DNA of 64,000 nt from Nitrospirota bacterium. Lineage in GTDB: Bacteria; Nitrospirota; Nitrospiria; SBBL01; JAADHI01. Shown here piece after piece: positions 55,747 to 64,000 of this stretch. A program made the position numbers and the translations under genes. The notes beneath the pieces were generated by a model. That model was not told the origin of the DNA and searched no databases. It saw only the letters and a list, made by a program, of their open reading frames with translations. The stretch's first letter is position 1. Every line of letters starts with the position of its first letter. Location: NCBI GenBank assembly GCA_029261155.1, contig JAJDBW010000038.1, positions 7,706-71,705 of the forward strand. The letters are read 5' to 3'.

Positions 55747-56088
55747 GGCTTTCGATCGATCGTCTTTCCTAGACCTCACTAATCTCATTGATCATCCCCG
55801 GATCCTTCTCTGCCTTATATTGAGACTTTACTGAAAAACGGTCGTTAGAGCTAAAATCGAGATGAAAATGCGATAGTTCATTGACAAAGGTAATATCGAG
55901 GTTTATATTTACCACTTCTATAAGGTGGGATGCCGCCGATCGATATCGCCATAACTTTTCGCAAAATACCGCTCCTTCAGTGCTTCTTCCGATATCCATT
56001 CGAAACAGTTTTTAGCCTTTCATTCGCACGTGTAATCTGTCCCCTCTGGAATATTTAGTGGGAGAGAAGTCTTTTTTTTCGTGGAGAT

Positions 56089-58413
56089 GTGGCCATGGAT
56101 GCGCCCTTAGCCCAAGACGAAGACAAACGGCTTGCCGCTTTGCAAAGCCTCAATATTCTCGATACGCCACCCGAGCTGCGTTTCGATCGGGTTACCCGTT
56201 TGGCGACCCGCCTCTTCAAAGTGCCCATTGCGCTGGTCAGCCTTATCGATGCGGATCGCCAGTGGTTTAAGTCCAGCCAGGGTTTGACTGTTTCTGAAAC
56301 CCCCCGCGCCATTTCTTTTTGCGGCCATGCCATTTGCGGCGAGGAACTCTTTCATATTCCCAATGCCGAACACGATCCCCGTTTTAAAGACAATCCCTTA
56401 GTAACCGGCGAACCCATGATCCGATTCTATGCGGGCCACCCCCTTACAGGCCCCGGTGGCTACAAGCTGGGAACACTCTGCCTGATCGACCGCCAGCCTC
56501 GCGAGATGAACCCGGAAGATCGTGAAACGCTGAAAGACCTTGCGTCCCTGGTTGCCGATGAATTGGGTAATGTTGAGTTAAACCGGACGGCCATGGCCTT
56601 GAAATCGCGCGAGGCCGAATTGGGATCCTTCCTCGAAAATGCCCACGATATGGTCCAAAGTGTGGGCTCGGACGGTCGCATAGTCTACGTCAACTCTTCC
56701 TGGCGAAAGATCATGGGCTATAGCGAAGATGAAATTGCTCAACTGAATCTTATGCAGGTGATCCATCCCGACAGTCAGGCCCATTGCATGGCCGTATTCG
56801 AGCAGATCCTCTCGGGAAAAGCCGCGGTTGAAGTCGAGGCTGTTTTTTTAAGCAAGACAGGAAAGAATATTGTTGTTTCCGGGAATGCCCAGCTTCGGAA
56901 ACAAGCGGATGGGACATTAATCACACAGAGCATCTTCCGCGACATTACCTTCCGAAAACAATACGAGACCAGTATGCGCCGGGCCCGAGAGCACTTGGAG
57001 CGGCGGGTACTGGAGCGAACCCGGGATCTTCAAGAAATCAATACGGCCCTCGAGCAGGAAGTGGTGGTCCGAAAGAAAATTGAAGCGCTTCAGGCCGGAC
57101 GCAGTCTTGTGCTGGAAAAGCTTGCAGCGGGCGAAGACAAGAAGGAAATTCTCGAGACCCTTGTGCGTGTTCTCGAAGAACAAGTTTCCGGGATGAAGGG
57201 CTCGATCCTGCTGCTGGATCATGAAGGGAAGCGTCTCTTGAACGGCGCATCGCCCAACTTGCCTGAGGCCTATAGTCGAGAGATCGAAGGCCTTGCGATT
57301 GGCCCCAAGGTTGGATCTTGCGGCACCGCGGCTTTCGAAAAACGTCGTGTGATTGTGGCGGATACGCAAAGCGATCTCCTTTGGGCCGATTATCGCGTAC
57401 TCGCGGCCCAGCACCATCTTCGGGCCTGTTGGTCCCACCCGATCATTGGCGCGGACGGCGGAGTAATGGGTACGTTTGCGCTGTACTATCACGATGTTCG
57501 AATGCCTTCGAAAGTAGAAACGGACCTCATTGAAGAGACGGTTCATCTTGCGGCGATTATCATACAAAAGATTAAAGCCGACCAGGTACTCGAAACCCTG
57601 AACCGCGAGTTGGAAGGACGTGTGAAAGAGCGCACTGCTGTCTTGAATGAAACCAATAGCGCCTTGGAGGCCGAAATGGCCGAACGCCGCCGCTCGGAGG
57701 AATTGATAAAGGCAAAAAATGAAGAGTTGAAGGCCTTTGCCTATACCGTTTCGCACGACCTGAAGGCGCCTCTACGCGGCATTAGCGGTTATGCCCAGGA
57801 GCTGTTGAGCGAACATCACGAATCCTTAATTGAACGCCCGAAGTTTTGTTTGGAACAAATCGCCAGGGCCACGAACCACTTAGATAAACTCATCGAGGAC
57901 CTTCTTCAGTATTCACGGTTGGATCGCGAAATGCCCAAGTCCAAGGATGTAAATTTAAATGTCTTGGTCAAGGAGATTATCGAGGCGCGGGCATCCCTGA
58001 TACAGGACCAGGGCATCGAGGTGACCATCGACATCCCTTTCTCCGTCGTCCAATGTTGGGAAAAGGGGATGTCCCAGGTCCTGAGCAATTTAATCGACAA
58101 CGGCCTGAAATATAGCCGCAAGGCCAAGCCGCCGCGCATTGCGATCAGTGGAGAAACCTGTTCCAAGGTTTACCGCATTTGTGTAAGAGACAACGGCATT
58201 GGCTTTAATATGAAGTACCACGACCGGATCTACGGCTTATTCAACCGCTTGGTCCGTCAGGACGAGTATGAAGGCACAGGCGCTGGACTTGCGATCGTTA
58301 AAAAAGTGATCGACGGTCTCCGGGGCAAGGTGTGGGCGGAGTCAATTCCAGGCCAGGGCGCGGCCTTTTATGTGGAATGGCCGAAGGAGAATTATCAGCA
58401 AGAGAATGGCTAA
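56089..58413 (+). CDS. GAF-PAS-GAF sensor histidine kinase
   Basis: 774 aa with an N-terminal GAF (LNILDTPPELRFDRVTRLA...), PAS, a second GAF, HisKA FAYTVSHDLKAPLRGI, and HATPase VRDNGIGF...GTGAGLAIVKKV. Confidence 0.9.
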   Translation: MAMDAPLAQDEDKRLAALQSLNILDTPPELRFDRVTRLATRLFKVPIALVSLIDADRQWFKSSQGLTVSETPRAISFCGHAICGEELFHIPNAEHDPRFKDNPLVTGEPMIRFYAGHPLTGPGGYKLGTLCLIDRQPREMNPEDRETLKDLASLVADELGNVELNRTAMALKSREAELGSFLENAHDMVQSVGSDGRIVYVNSSWRKIMGYSEDEIAQLNLMQVIHPDSQAHCMAVFEQILSGKAAVEVEAVFLSKTGKNIVVSGNAQLRKQADGTLITQSIFRDITFRKQYETSMRRAREHLERRVLERTRDLQEINTALEQEVVVRKKIEALQAGRSLVLEKLAAGEDKKEILETLVRVLEEQVSGMKGSILLLDHEGKRLLNGASPNLPEAYSREIEGLAIGPKVGSCGTAAFEKRRVIVADTQSDLLWADYRVLAAQHHLRACWSHPIIGADGGVMGTFALYYHDVRMPSKVETDLIEETVHLAAIIIQKIKADQVLETLNRELEGRVKERTAVLNETNSALEAEMAERRRSEELIKAKNEELKAFAYTVSHDLKAPLRGISGYAQELLSEHHESLIERPKFCLEQIARATNHLDKLIEDLLQYSRLDREMPKSKDVNLNVLVKEIIEARASLIQDQGIEVTIDIPFSVVQCWEKGMSQVLSNLIDNGLKYSRKAKPPRIAISGETCSKVYRICVRDNGIGFNMKYHDRIYGLFNRLVRQDEYEGTGAGLAIVKKVIDGLRGKVWAESIPGQGAAFYVEWPKENYQQENG

Positions 58414-58472
58414 TCTCATTTCGAAAAAATGGAAACATTGTCGTGAACGCTCAGGGTGGAAAGTATGACAAG

Positions 58473-58913
58473 ATGCCTGTAGTTCGGCCGATATTATTGG
58501 TCGAAGATAATCCCATGGACCTCGACCTCACCCTCAAGGCCATGAAGGAGCAAGGTATGACCAATCCCATCTTGGTCTGCCGTGACGGCGAAGAGGCGCT
58601 GCAATTTATCGAAGCGCACAACACGGAGGACGATGAGCAATTGCCTCTGATCGTGTTGTTGGATCTCCGCCTTCCAAAAGTAGATGGGATCGAGGTCCTT
58701 CGGCAGGCTCGCCAGAACCCAATATGGAAACAGATTCCTTTTATTGTGTTGACCACCTCGAAAGAAAATTCCGATATCCGCCGTGCCTATGAACTGGGCA
58801 TCAATTCTTACCTCGTTAAACCTGTGGATTTTCCCAGTTTTAGCGGGATGACGAAAATGCTCAAGCTCTATTGGGTACTCACCAATCAACCGCCGTTTCC
58901 CGGCAAGGACTAA
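58473..58913 (+). CDS. single-domain response regulator (CheY/Rcp1-like)
   Basis: Start at ATG 58473 (MPVVRPILLVEDNPMD). Phospho-acceptor context LIVLLDLRLPKVDG, then TTS and KP. Confidence 0.85.
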   Translation: MPVVRPILLVEDNPMDLDLTLKAMKEQGMTNPILVCRDGEEALQFIEAHNTEDDEQLPLIVLLDLRLPKVDGIEVLRQARQNPIWKQIPFIVLTTSKENSDIRRAYELGINSYLVKPVDFPSFSGMTKMLKLYWVLTNQPPFPGKD

Positions 58914-58931
58914 AGGAAGACCAAAATCACG

Positions 58932-60656
58932 ATGAAATCAAATCGACCCTCGGAGGAAGCGCCACAGAAAATCCGCGTTCTTTATGCAGAAGACGGCCAG
59001 ATGGATGCGGACTTAACAAGAAAATACTTTGCACGGTCCGTTCCGGATATGATCCTTCAAATTGTCGAAACGGGCGCATCTTGCCTCCGCCGACTCAAGG
59101 ATGAGAATTTCGATCTTGTCTTGCTCGATCATCGTCTTCCGGATCTGGAAGGCTTGGATGTCTTGAAAGCCATGAGAAAGATGGACCTGGACCTTCCGGC
59201 GGTAATGGTGACTGCGGTTGGTGACGAAGAACTCGTTGTCCAAGCGCTTCGGCTTGGCGCATCACAATATGTCCCGAAGCAGAAAGATTATCTCAGCAAG
59301 CTGCCCGCAATCATCCGCTCCGTGTGCCGGGAATACCGCAATCGACGAAGAAGGGAATGGCCTGCAGAGCCCATTCGGCTTTTATACATTGAACATTCCG
59401 AAGCCGACATCGATTTGACGGTCCGCTACTTTTCAGACAAGGCGCCGCATCTCATTCCAGAGGTTTGCAAAAGCATTCCTGAGGGGCTTGCGCGACTTCA
59501 GGGCGGTAAAACCTATGAGATGATCTTAATCGATCTGCGCATGCCCGAAATGAGTGCCCTGGACTTTTTAAGCGAGCTCAAGACCTTGGGCTTTTCTCTT
59601 CCCTGCATTGTCGTGACCGGTCAAGGCGATGAAATTGCTGCGGTCTCTGCACTTCGCCTCGGGGCTTACGACTACATCGTGAAGCGCGATAATTATTTGG
59701 TTCAATTGCCCTATGCCATTGAAAACGTCGTTGCCCGATTCGAGTTGAATCGTCAGAATCACTTTCTCAACCGGGACCTCGCCGAGACCAATGCCTCTCT
59801 CGAGAAAATGGTTCGGGAACGGACGGCTAAGCTTGAGGAAAGTGTTAGCGACCTCAAAAAAGCGGAAGAAAAATTGCGGGAAGCCAAGGACGATCTGGAG
59901 CAACAAGTCGCGGACAGGACGAAAGAATTACGCGAGGCGAATCAAAAGCTAAAAGCCGTAGACCGCCTCAAGTCGGAATTTTTGGCGACCATGTCGCATG
60001 AGCTTCGAACGCCCCTCAATTCGATCATCGGCTTAGCGGGGATTCTTCAACAGGGTTTGGTGGGTCCGCTCAATGACGAGCAAACAAAACAGATTGGTAT
60101 GATCCGTGGCAGCGGAAGCCATCTATTGGATTTGATCAACGACATTCTCGATATTTCACGGATTGAAGCCGGTCACTTAAAGCTCCAATACGATTTGATC
60201 AACCTTCCGCAACTTATTACAAAAGCAGTTGAAACCTTAAAACCCACTGCGGATAGTAAAGGCCTTACGTTTGCCTTAAGCTTTTCGCCGGACATCGAAC
60301 GCATTACCAGTGATCGGCGCAGGATCGAGCAGGTGCTTATAAATCTTTTGAGCAATGCCGTTAAATTCAGCGAAGAGGGACCGATTCGGGTTGAAGTGTC
60401 GATGGAAGGTCACAACATTCGGGTGGACGTGATCGACAAGGGGATCGGGATTAAGCCGGAGGAACTCGGCAAACTTTTTATGCCCTTCAGTCAAATCGAG
60501 TCGGGTTTGAGCCGCCGCCACCTTGGCTCGGGCCTGGGCTTGGCGATCAGCAAGAAGCTCATTGAAAAGCTGGGCGGGGAGATGGGCGTTGAGAGCGTGT
60601 GGAAACGCGGGAGCACCTTTTACTTTACGCTTTCCCTGGGTCGGAGCGGAGTGTGA
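58932..60656 (+). CDS. hybrid REC-REC-coiled-coil-HisKA-HATPase histidine kinase
   Basis: 574 aa with two receiver domains (DLVLLDHRLPDLEG; EMILIDLRMPEMSA), H-box FLATMSHELRTPLNSI, and ATPase DKGIGI...GSGLGLAISKKL. Confidence 0.9.
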   Translation: MKSNRPSEEAPQKIRVLYAEDGQMDADLTRKYFARSVPDMILQIVETGASCLRRLKDENFDLVLLDHRLPDLEGLDVLKAMRKMDLDLPAVMVTAVGDEELVVQALRLGASQYVPKQKDYLSKLPAIIRSVCREYRNRRRREWPAEPIRLLYIEHSEADIDLTVRYFSDKAPHLIPEVCKSIPEGLARLQGGKTYEMILIDLRMPEMSALDFLSELKTLGFSLPCIVVTGQGDEIAAVSALRLGAYDYIVKRDNYLVQLPYAIENVVARFELNRQNHFLNRDLAETNASLEKMVRERTAKLEESVSDLKKAEEKLREAKDDLEQQVADRTKELREANQKLKAVDRLKSEFLATMSHELRTPLNSIIGLAGILQQGLVGPLNDEQTKQIGMIRGSGSHLLDLINDILDISRIEAGHLKLQYDLINLPQLITKAVETLKPTADSKGLTFALSFSPDIERITSDRRRIEQVLINLLSNAVKFSEEGPIRVEVSMEGHNIRVDVIDKGIGIKPEELGKLFMPFSQIESGLSRRHLGSGLGLAISKKLIEKLGGEMGVESVWKRGSTFYFTLSLGRSGV

Positions 60657-61030
60657 GGAAAAAGATCCTCCTCATCGAAGATAACCCTCAAAATCGATAT
60701 CTCGAAACCTTTATCTTGAAAAAAAACGGTTTCGAAATTTATGCGGCTGAAGATGGCGAAAGCGGAATCCACCTTGCCGGATCAATTCAGCCCGACTTGA
60801 TCCTTCTCGACATTCAGTTGCCCAAGATGGACGGCTTTACCGTCGCACGGATCCTTCGGAAAAACCCGAAGCTAAACGCGGTCCCGATTGTGGCGGTCAC
60901 GTCCTTGGCCATGGTCGGCGATAAAGAACGTATTTTAAGCGCGGGTTGCAGCGGCTATATCGATAAGCCGATAGATCCCGATACCTTTATCGATCAAATC
61001 TTTATCGCCTTATCGAAGTCAGGACCTTAA
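60653..61030 (+). CDS. single-domain response regulator
   Basis: The GTG start overlaps the upstream stop (GTGTGA at 60651-60656). VRKKILLIEDNPQN, DLILLDIQLPKMDG. Confidence 0.8.
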   Translation: MRKKILLIEDNPQNRYLETFILKKNGFEIYAAEDGESGIHLAGSIQPDLILLDIQLPKMDGFTVARILRKNPKLNAVPIVAVTSLAMVGDKERILSAGCSGYIDKPIDPDTFIDQIFIALSKSGP

Positions 61031-61044
61031 AGGATGCGAAGTCG

Positions 61045-63318
61045 ATGGACACGCTCTTAATTGTAGATGACGATGAAGACAGCCGCTATATTCTTCGGAT
61101 TCTCTTAGAAGGCAACGGTTATGCGGTGCAGACCGCCGAAGACGGGGCCCAAGCCTTGGCGCTTGCGCGTCGTAGCCCGCCGAGCATGATTATATCGGAT
61201 ATTTTAATGCCCGAAATGGACGGCTTTACCTTATGCCGCGAATGGAAGTTCGACAAAGACTTAAAAGCAATCCCGTTTATCTTTTATACCGCGACCTATA
61301 CCGATCCTGGAGATGAGGCCTTGGCCTTGAGTCTGGGCGCGGAACGCTACGTGGTGAAGCCGGTCGAGCCTGAGGCCTTTCTCGATATTATACGCGAGGT
61401 CTTCGACGAATTTAGCAAAGGCCGATTGGTCGTATCCTACCCCGATGACAAAGATGAGCTTCCTTACCTCAAGTCTTATAACGCCTCCCTAATCCGAAAA
61501 CTGGAAGATAAAATGACGGATTTGGAAGCGCTGGTGGCAGAGCAGACGGCATCCAACGCGGCCCTTAAACTTGAAATCGGCATTCGGAAAGAAACTGAAC
61601 GCGCCCTTCGGCGCAGTGAGGGGCAGGTTCGACTCTTACTGAATTCGACGGCGGAAGCGATTTACGGGGTCGATCTAGAAGGCCGCTGCACCTTTGCCAA
61701 CCCCGCCTGCTTGAAGATGCTCGGCTATACCGCTTTGAGCGATTTGCTTGGCAAAAATATGCACCTCCTCATCCATAGCCAATATTTAGATGGAAAACCT
61801 TATCCCGAAAGCCAGTGCAGAATTTCACTCGCTTTTAAGGAGAAAAAACAAATCTATCTTGACGGCGATTTCTTTTGGCGCGCCGACGGAACACGTTTTC
61901 CCGTTGAGTGTTGGTCTTACCCGATCGAACATGAAGGAGAAATCGCCGGGGCGGTCGTGACCTTTATCGATATTACGAAGCGAAAAAGGGCAGAGGCCGA
62001 AGTGGGGCAACTGGCCTATTACGATTCTTTAACGGGACTTCCGAATCGCGCCCTTTTAAAAACGCGGCTTGAAGCGGCCCTTGCGGCCGGCCTGGCGAAA
62101 AAACACCTGGTGGCCTTATTCATCTTGGATGTCGATCGGTTTAAGGAGATTAACGATACCCTGGGTGATCATTATGGCGATGTGATCTTAAAACAGGTGG
62201 GGAATCGCATACAAGAAATCCTCAGGCCGCCGAATACCCTCTCGCGTCTCGGGGGAGACGAATTTGCGATCTTGCTGCCGAGGTTAGCTGCGACGGAAGA
62301 TGTAGACCCGGTCCTTAAAAGAATACTCGGTGCGCTGGATCGGTCCTTTACCATTGAAGGTATTCCCATTGCGGTCGAGATCAGCATTGGCATCTCGCTG
62401 AGCCCGGATCATGGCACGACTGCAGAGCAGATGATGCAACGCGCCGATGTGGCCTTATACGCCGCCAAGGAAGGCGCCTTTCCTTATGCGACATATTCTT
62501 CTGAGAAAGACCGCTACAGCCCCAGGCGTTTGGCGCTCATGGGGGGCATCCGCGAGGCCATCGCCTCGGATCAATTCTTCTTACATTATCAACCGATCAT
62601 TGGATTAAAAACCGGCAAAATTAGGGGGGTGGAAGCGCTCATCCGCTGGGAGCATCCCGAGTTTGGCCTTGTTCTGCCGAAAGAATTTATCCCTTCGGCG
62701 GAAAAGACCGGCCTGATCGTTTCCATCACCGACTGGGTGCTCGAAAAGGCCTTGGCGCAATGTGGAGATTGGCATCGAAACGGCTTAAAAATAGACATGG
62801 CGATCAATATGTCGATTCGTGCTTTTGAAGATCAGGCTGGGTTGAAGCGCCTGACCGACTTGCTTGATCGCTACCAAATCCCCGCCCGCTCTATTGAATT
62901 GGAAATTACGGAAAGCGCGATCGCTGCCGATCCGGATCGGGCGCTTTCGGTGATGTCCTTGTTGGCCGAAAACGGCATCCGTCTTTCGATAGACGATTTC
63001 GGCGCCGGCTATACCTCCATCGGCGCCTTAAAAAACCGCTTGGCCGACAGGATTAAAATCGATGGCTCGTTTATCGATGCGATGGAAGGAAATCCTAATG
63101 ATGAAATTATCGTTCGATCGATTGTCGACCTTGGGCAAAATTTAGCCTATCGCGTTGTCGCAGAGGGGGTCGAGCGAAAAGAAACCTGTGATCGCCTCTC
63201 GGCCCTGGGTTGCGATGAGGCGCAAGGTTTCTATCTATGCCATCCTCTTCCCCCTAAAGAAATTGATCGTTGGATTAAAACCTCGCCCTGGGGTTTAGGT
63301 CCGCAAGCATCTGATTGA
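61045..63318 (+). CDS. REC-PAS-GGDEF-EAL c-di-GMP turnover protein
   Basis: 757 aa with receiver (SMIISDILMPEMDG), PAS, an intact GGDEF (RLGGDEFAILL), and intact EAL blocks (VEALIRW, DDFGAGYTS). Confidence 0.9.
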   Translation: MDTLLIVDDDEDSRYILRILLEGNGYAVQTAEDGAQALALARRSPPSMIISDILMPEMDGFTLCREWKFDKDLKAIPFIFYTATYTDPGDEALALSLGAERYVVKPVEPEAFLDIIREVFDEFSKGRLVVSYPDDKDELPYLKSYNASLIRKLEDKMTDLEALVAEQTASNAALKLEIGIRKETERALRRSEGQVRLLLNSTAEAIYGVDLEGRCTFANPACLKMLGYTALSDLLGKNMHLLIHSQYLDGKPYPESQCRISLAFKEKKQIYLDGDFFWRADGTRFPVECWSYPIEHEGEIAGAVVTFIDITKRKRAEAEVGQLAYYDSLTGLPNRALLKTRLEAALAAGLAKKHLVALFILDVDRFKEINDTLGDHYGDVILKQVGNRIQEILRPPNTLSRLGGDEFAILLPRLAATEDVDPVLKRILGALDRSFTIEGIPIAVEISIGISLSPDHGTTAEQMMQRADVALYAAKEGAFPYATYSSEKDRYSPRRLALMGGIREAIASDQFFLHYQPIIGLKTGKIRGVEALIRWEHPEFGLVLPKEFIPSAEKTGLIVSITDWVLEKALAQCGDWHRNGLKIDMAINMSIRAFEDQAGLKRLTDLLDRYQIPARSIELEITESAIAADPDRALSVMSLLAENGIRLSIDDFGAGYTSIGALKNRLADRIKIDGSFIDAMEGNPNDEIIVRSIVDLGQNLAYRVVAEGVERKETCDRLSALGCDEAQGFYLCHPLPPKEIDRWIKTSPWGLGPQASD

Positions 63319-63570
63319 TTTCTTAAACATCCCTAGGAACCTAAGCCTCGCGGAGTTCTCTTCCTTTTTTTGAATCGCAATCAAAGTTCCCCCTCAGTTA
63401 TTCTTACCGCCAATTTTAAGGGTCATGGGCCTTCTTTTTCTCTATTCTTTTTTAGACAAAGACTGGGGGCTCGCTTCGGGGCCGTGATTTTATATATGAT
63501 AGAAGAGAGAGATTCGGGATCAAGGCACGAAAGGTCCTGAAGCAAGCCATTTTTATTGAGGAGGAGAACG

Positions 63571-64000
63571 ATGGAAAAAAAAGAGCAGCAATTCTCCCTC
63601 TGGTATTTCATCATGGTTTTTTTTGCCTTGATGGTCATCCAATTCTTTCTCTTTCCCACGCAAGTCGAAAACCTATCTTACAGCGACTTTAAGTCGCTCT
63701 TAAAATCGAATCAGATTATTGAGCTTACCTTGAGCGAAAAGCATATCACGGGCCTCGTCCGGCTTGAGGGCTTGGAGAAAACTTTATCGCCAGAAAAAAT
63801 AAAACGACTTAAAAAATCCGAAACAGGCGAGCACCGTTTTTCGAGTATCCGAGTCGAGGATCCGAACTTGATTCAAGATCTGGAAGCGGCGAAAGTGCGT
63901 TACACGGGGAAAGTTGAGGGGAATTGGTTCACGACCTTGCTTTCCTGGATATTGCCCGCGGTGATCTTTTTTGGAATCTGGAGCCTCTTCATGCGGCGCA
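63571..64000 (+). CDS. ftsH: ATP-dependent zinc metalloprotease FtsH, N-terminal part (3' end outside window)
   Basis: ATG 63571 after GAGGAGAA. MEKKEQQFSLWYFIMVFFALMVIQ... (TM1), a periplasmic region with SYSDFKSLL, then a second TM (LLSWILPAVIFFGIW). The frame is open to the window end. Confidence 0.75.
   Translation, partial: MEKKEQQFSLWYFIMVFFALMVIQFFLFPTQVENLSYSDFKSLLKSNQIIELTLSEKHITGLVRLEGLEKTLSPEKIKRLKKSETGEHRFSSIRVEDPNLIQDLEAAKVRYTGKVEGNWFTTLLSWILPAVIFFGIWSLFMRR

Noticed and set aside
55769-55999. 76-aa minus-strand ORF between the amylosucrase and kinase genes
   Set aside because: It has no RBS, no recognisable motif and an AT-rich promoter-like context upstream of the kinase. I left it uncalled.
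56917-57756. 279-aa minus-strand ORF
   Set aside because: It is antisense within the GAF-PAS-GAF histidine kinase gene. It is a shadow ORF with no recognisable domain.
63423-63659. 78-aa minus-strand ORF
   Set aside because: It overlaps the ftsH start region antisense. The ftsH frame has a strong GAGGAGAA RBS and typical N-terminal topology.
1-64000. CRISPR arrays, integrases, transposases, prophage genes, rRNA
   Set aside because: I scanned for regularly spaced repeats and for recombinase- or transposase-like translations and found none. The only tandem repeat noticed is the 2 x 11-bp unit at 34109-34130.

Overview
The window is a 64-kb chromosomal segment from a bacterium. By eye it is just over half G+C. 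I call about 65 protein genes, most on the minus strand, plus one SRP RNA and two tRNA-Ser genes. I saw no rRNA, CRISPR array, integrase or transposase.

Housekeeping content:
- mglB-mglA (Ras-like GTPase polarity pair).
- A five-gene 2-oxoacid:ferredoxin oxidoreductase operon (epsilon-alpha-beta-gamma-delta).
- dnaX-ybaB-recR, then ffs, two tRNA-Ser genes and tadA.
- prfB, with its +1 frameshift site directly readable, and lnt.
- A Ca2+/Na+ antiporter and a haem-type fatty-acid cis/trans isomerase.
- An aldehyde dehydrogenase and an acetolactate-synthase-like gene.
- An MlaA-MlaC-RND/MMPL lipid-transport trio.
- An M16 peptidase pair and gph.
- Fructokinase plus amylosucrase.
- A five-gene His-Asp phosphorelay that ends in a REC-PAS-GGDEF-EAL protein.
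- The 5' end of ftsH.

The oxidoreductase type together with mglAB suggests a Nitrospirota-, Nitrospinota- or Aquificota-like autotroph. That is inference only.

The regions most worth a second look:
1. An AT-rich islet (about 22.5-24.7 kb) encodes a minimal nucleotidyltransferase-like protein and a DUF262 protein that lacks the usual nuclease half, followed by a 4-TM protein. This is a candidate uncharacterised defence or toxin module.
2. A MerR-like / ParA / Walker-A-decayed ParA paralog / inactivated NucS-like four-gene cluster (39.6-42.7 kb) lies behind an AT-rich leader.
3. A GC-rich gap of about 775 bp (52.1-52.9 kb) has no ORF but has long-range complementarity. It may be a structured RNA or a gene remnant.
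4. A haem-oxygenase-like di-iron oxidase is paired with a methyltransferase.
5. A class-3 lipase is followed by an apolipoprotein-like secreted helical protein and a small acidic protein.

All functional calls rest on motifs I read in the supplied translations. No database search was run.
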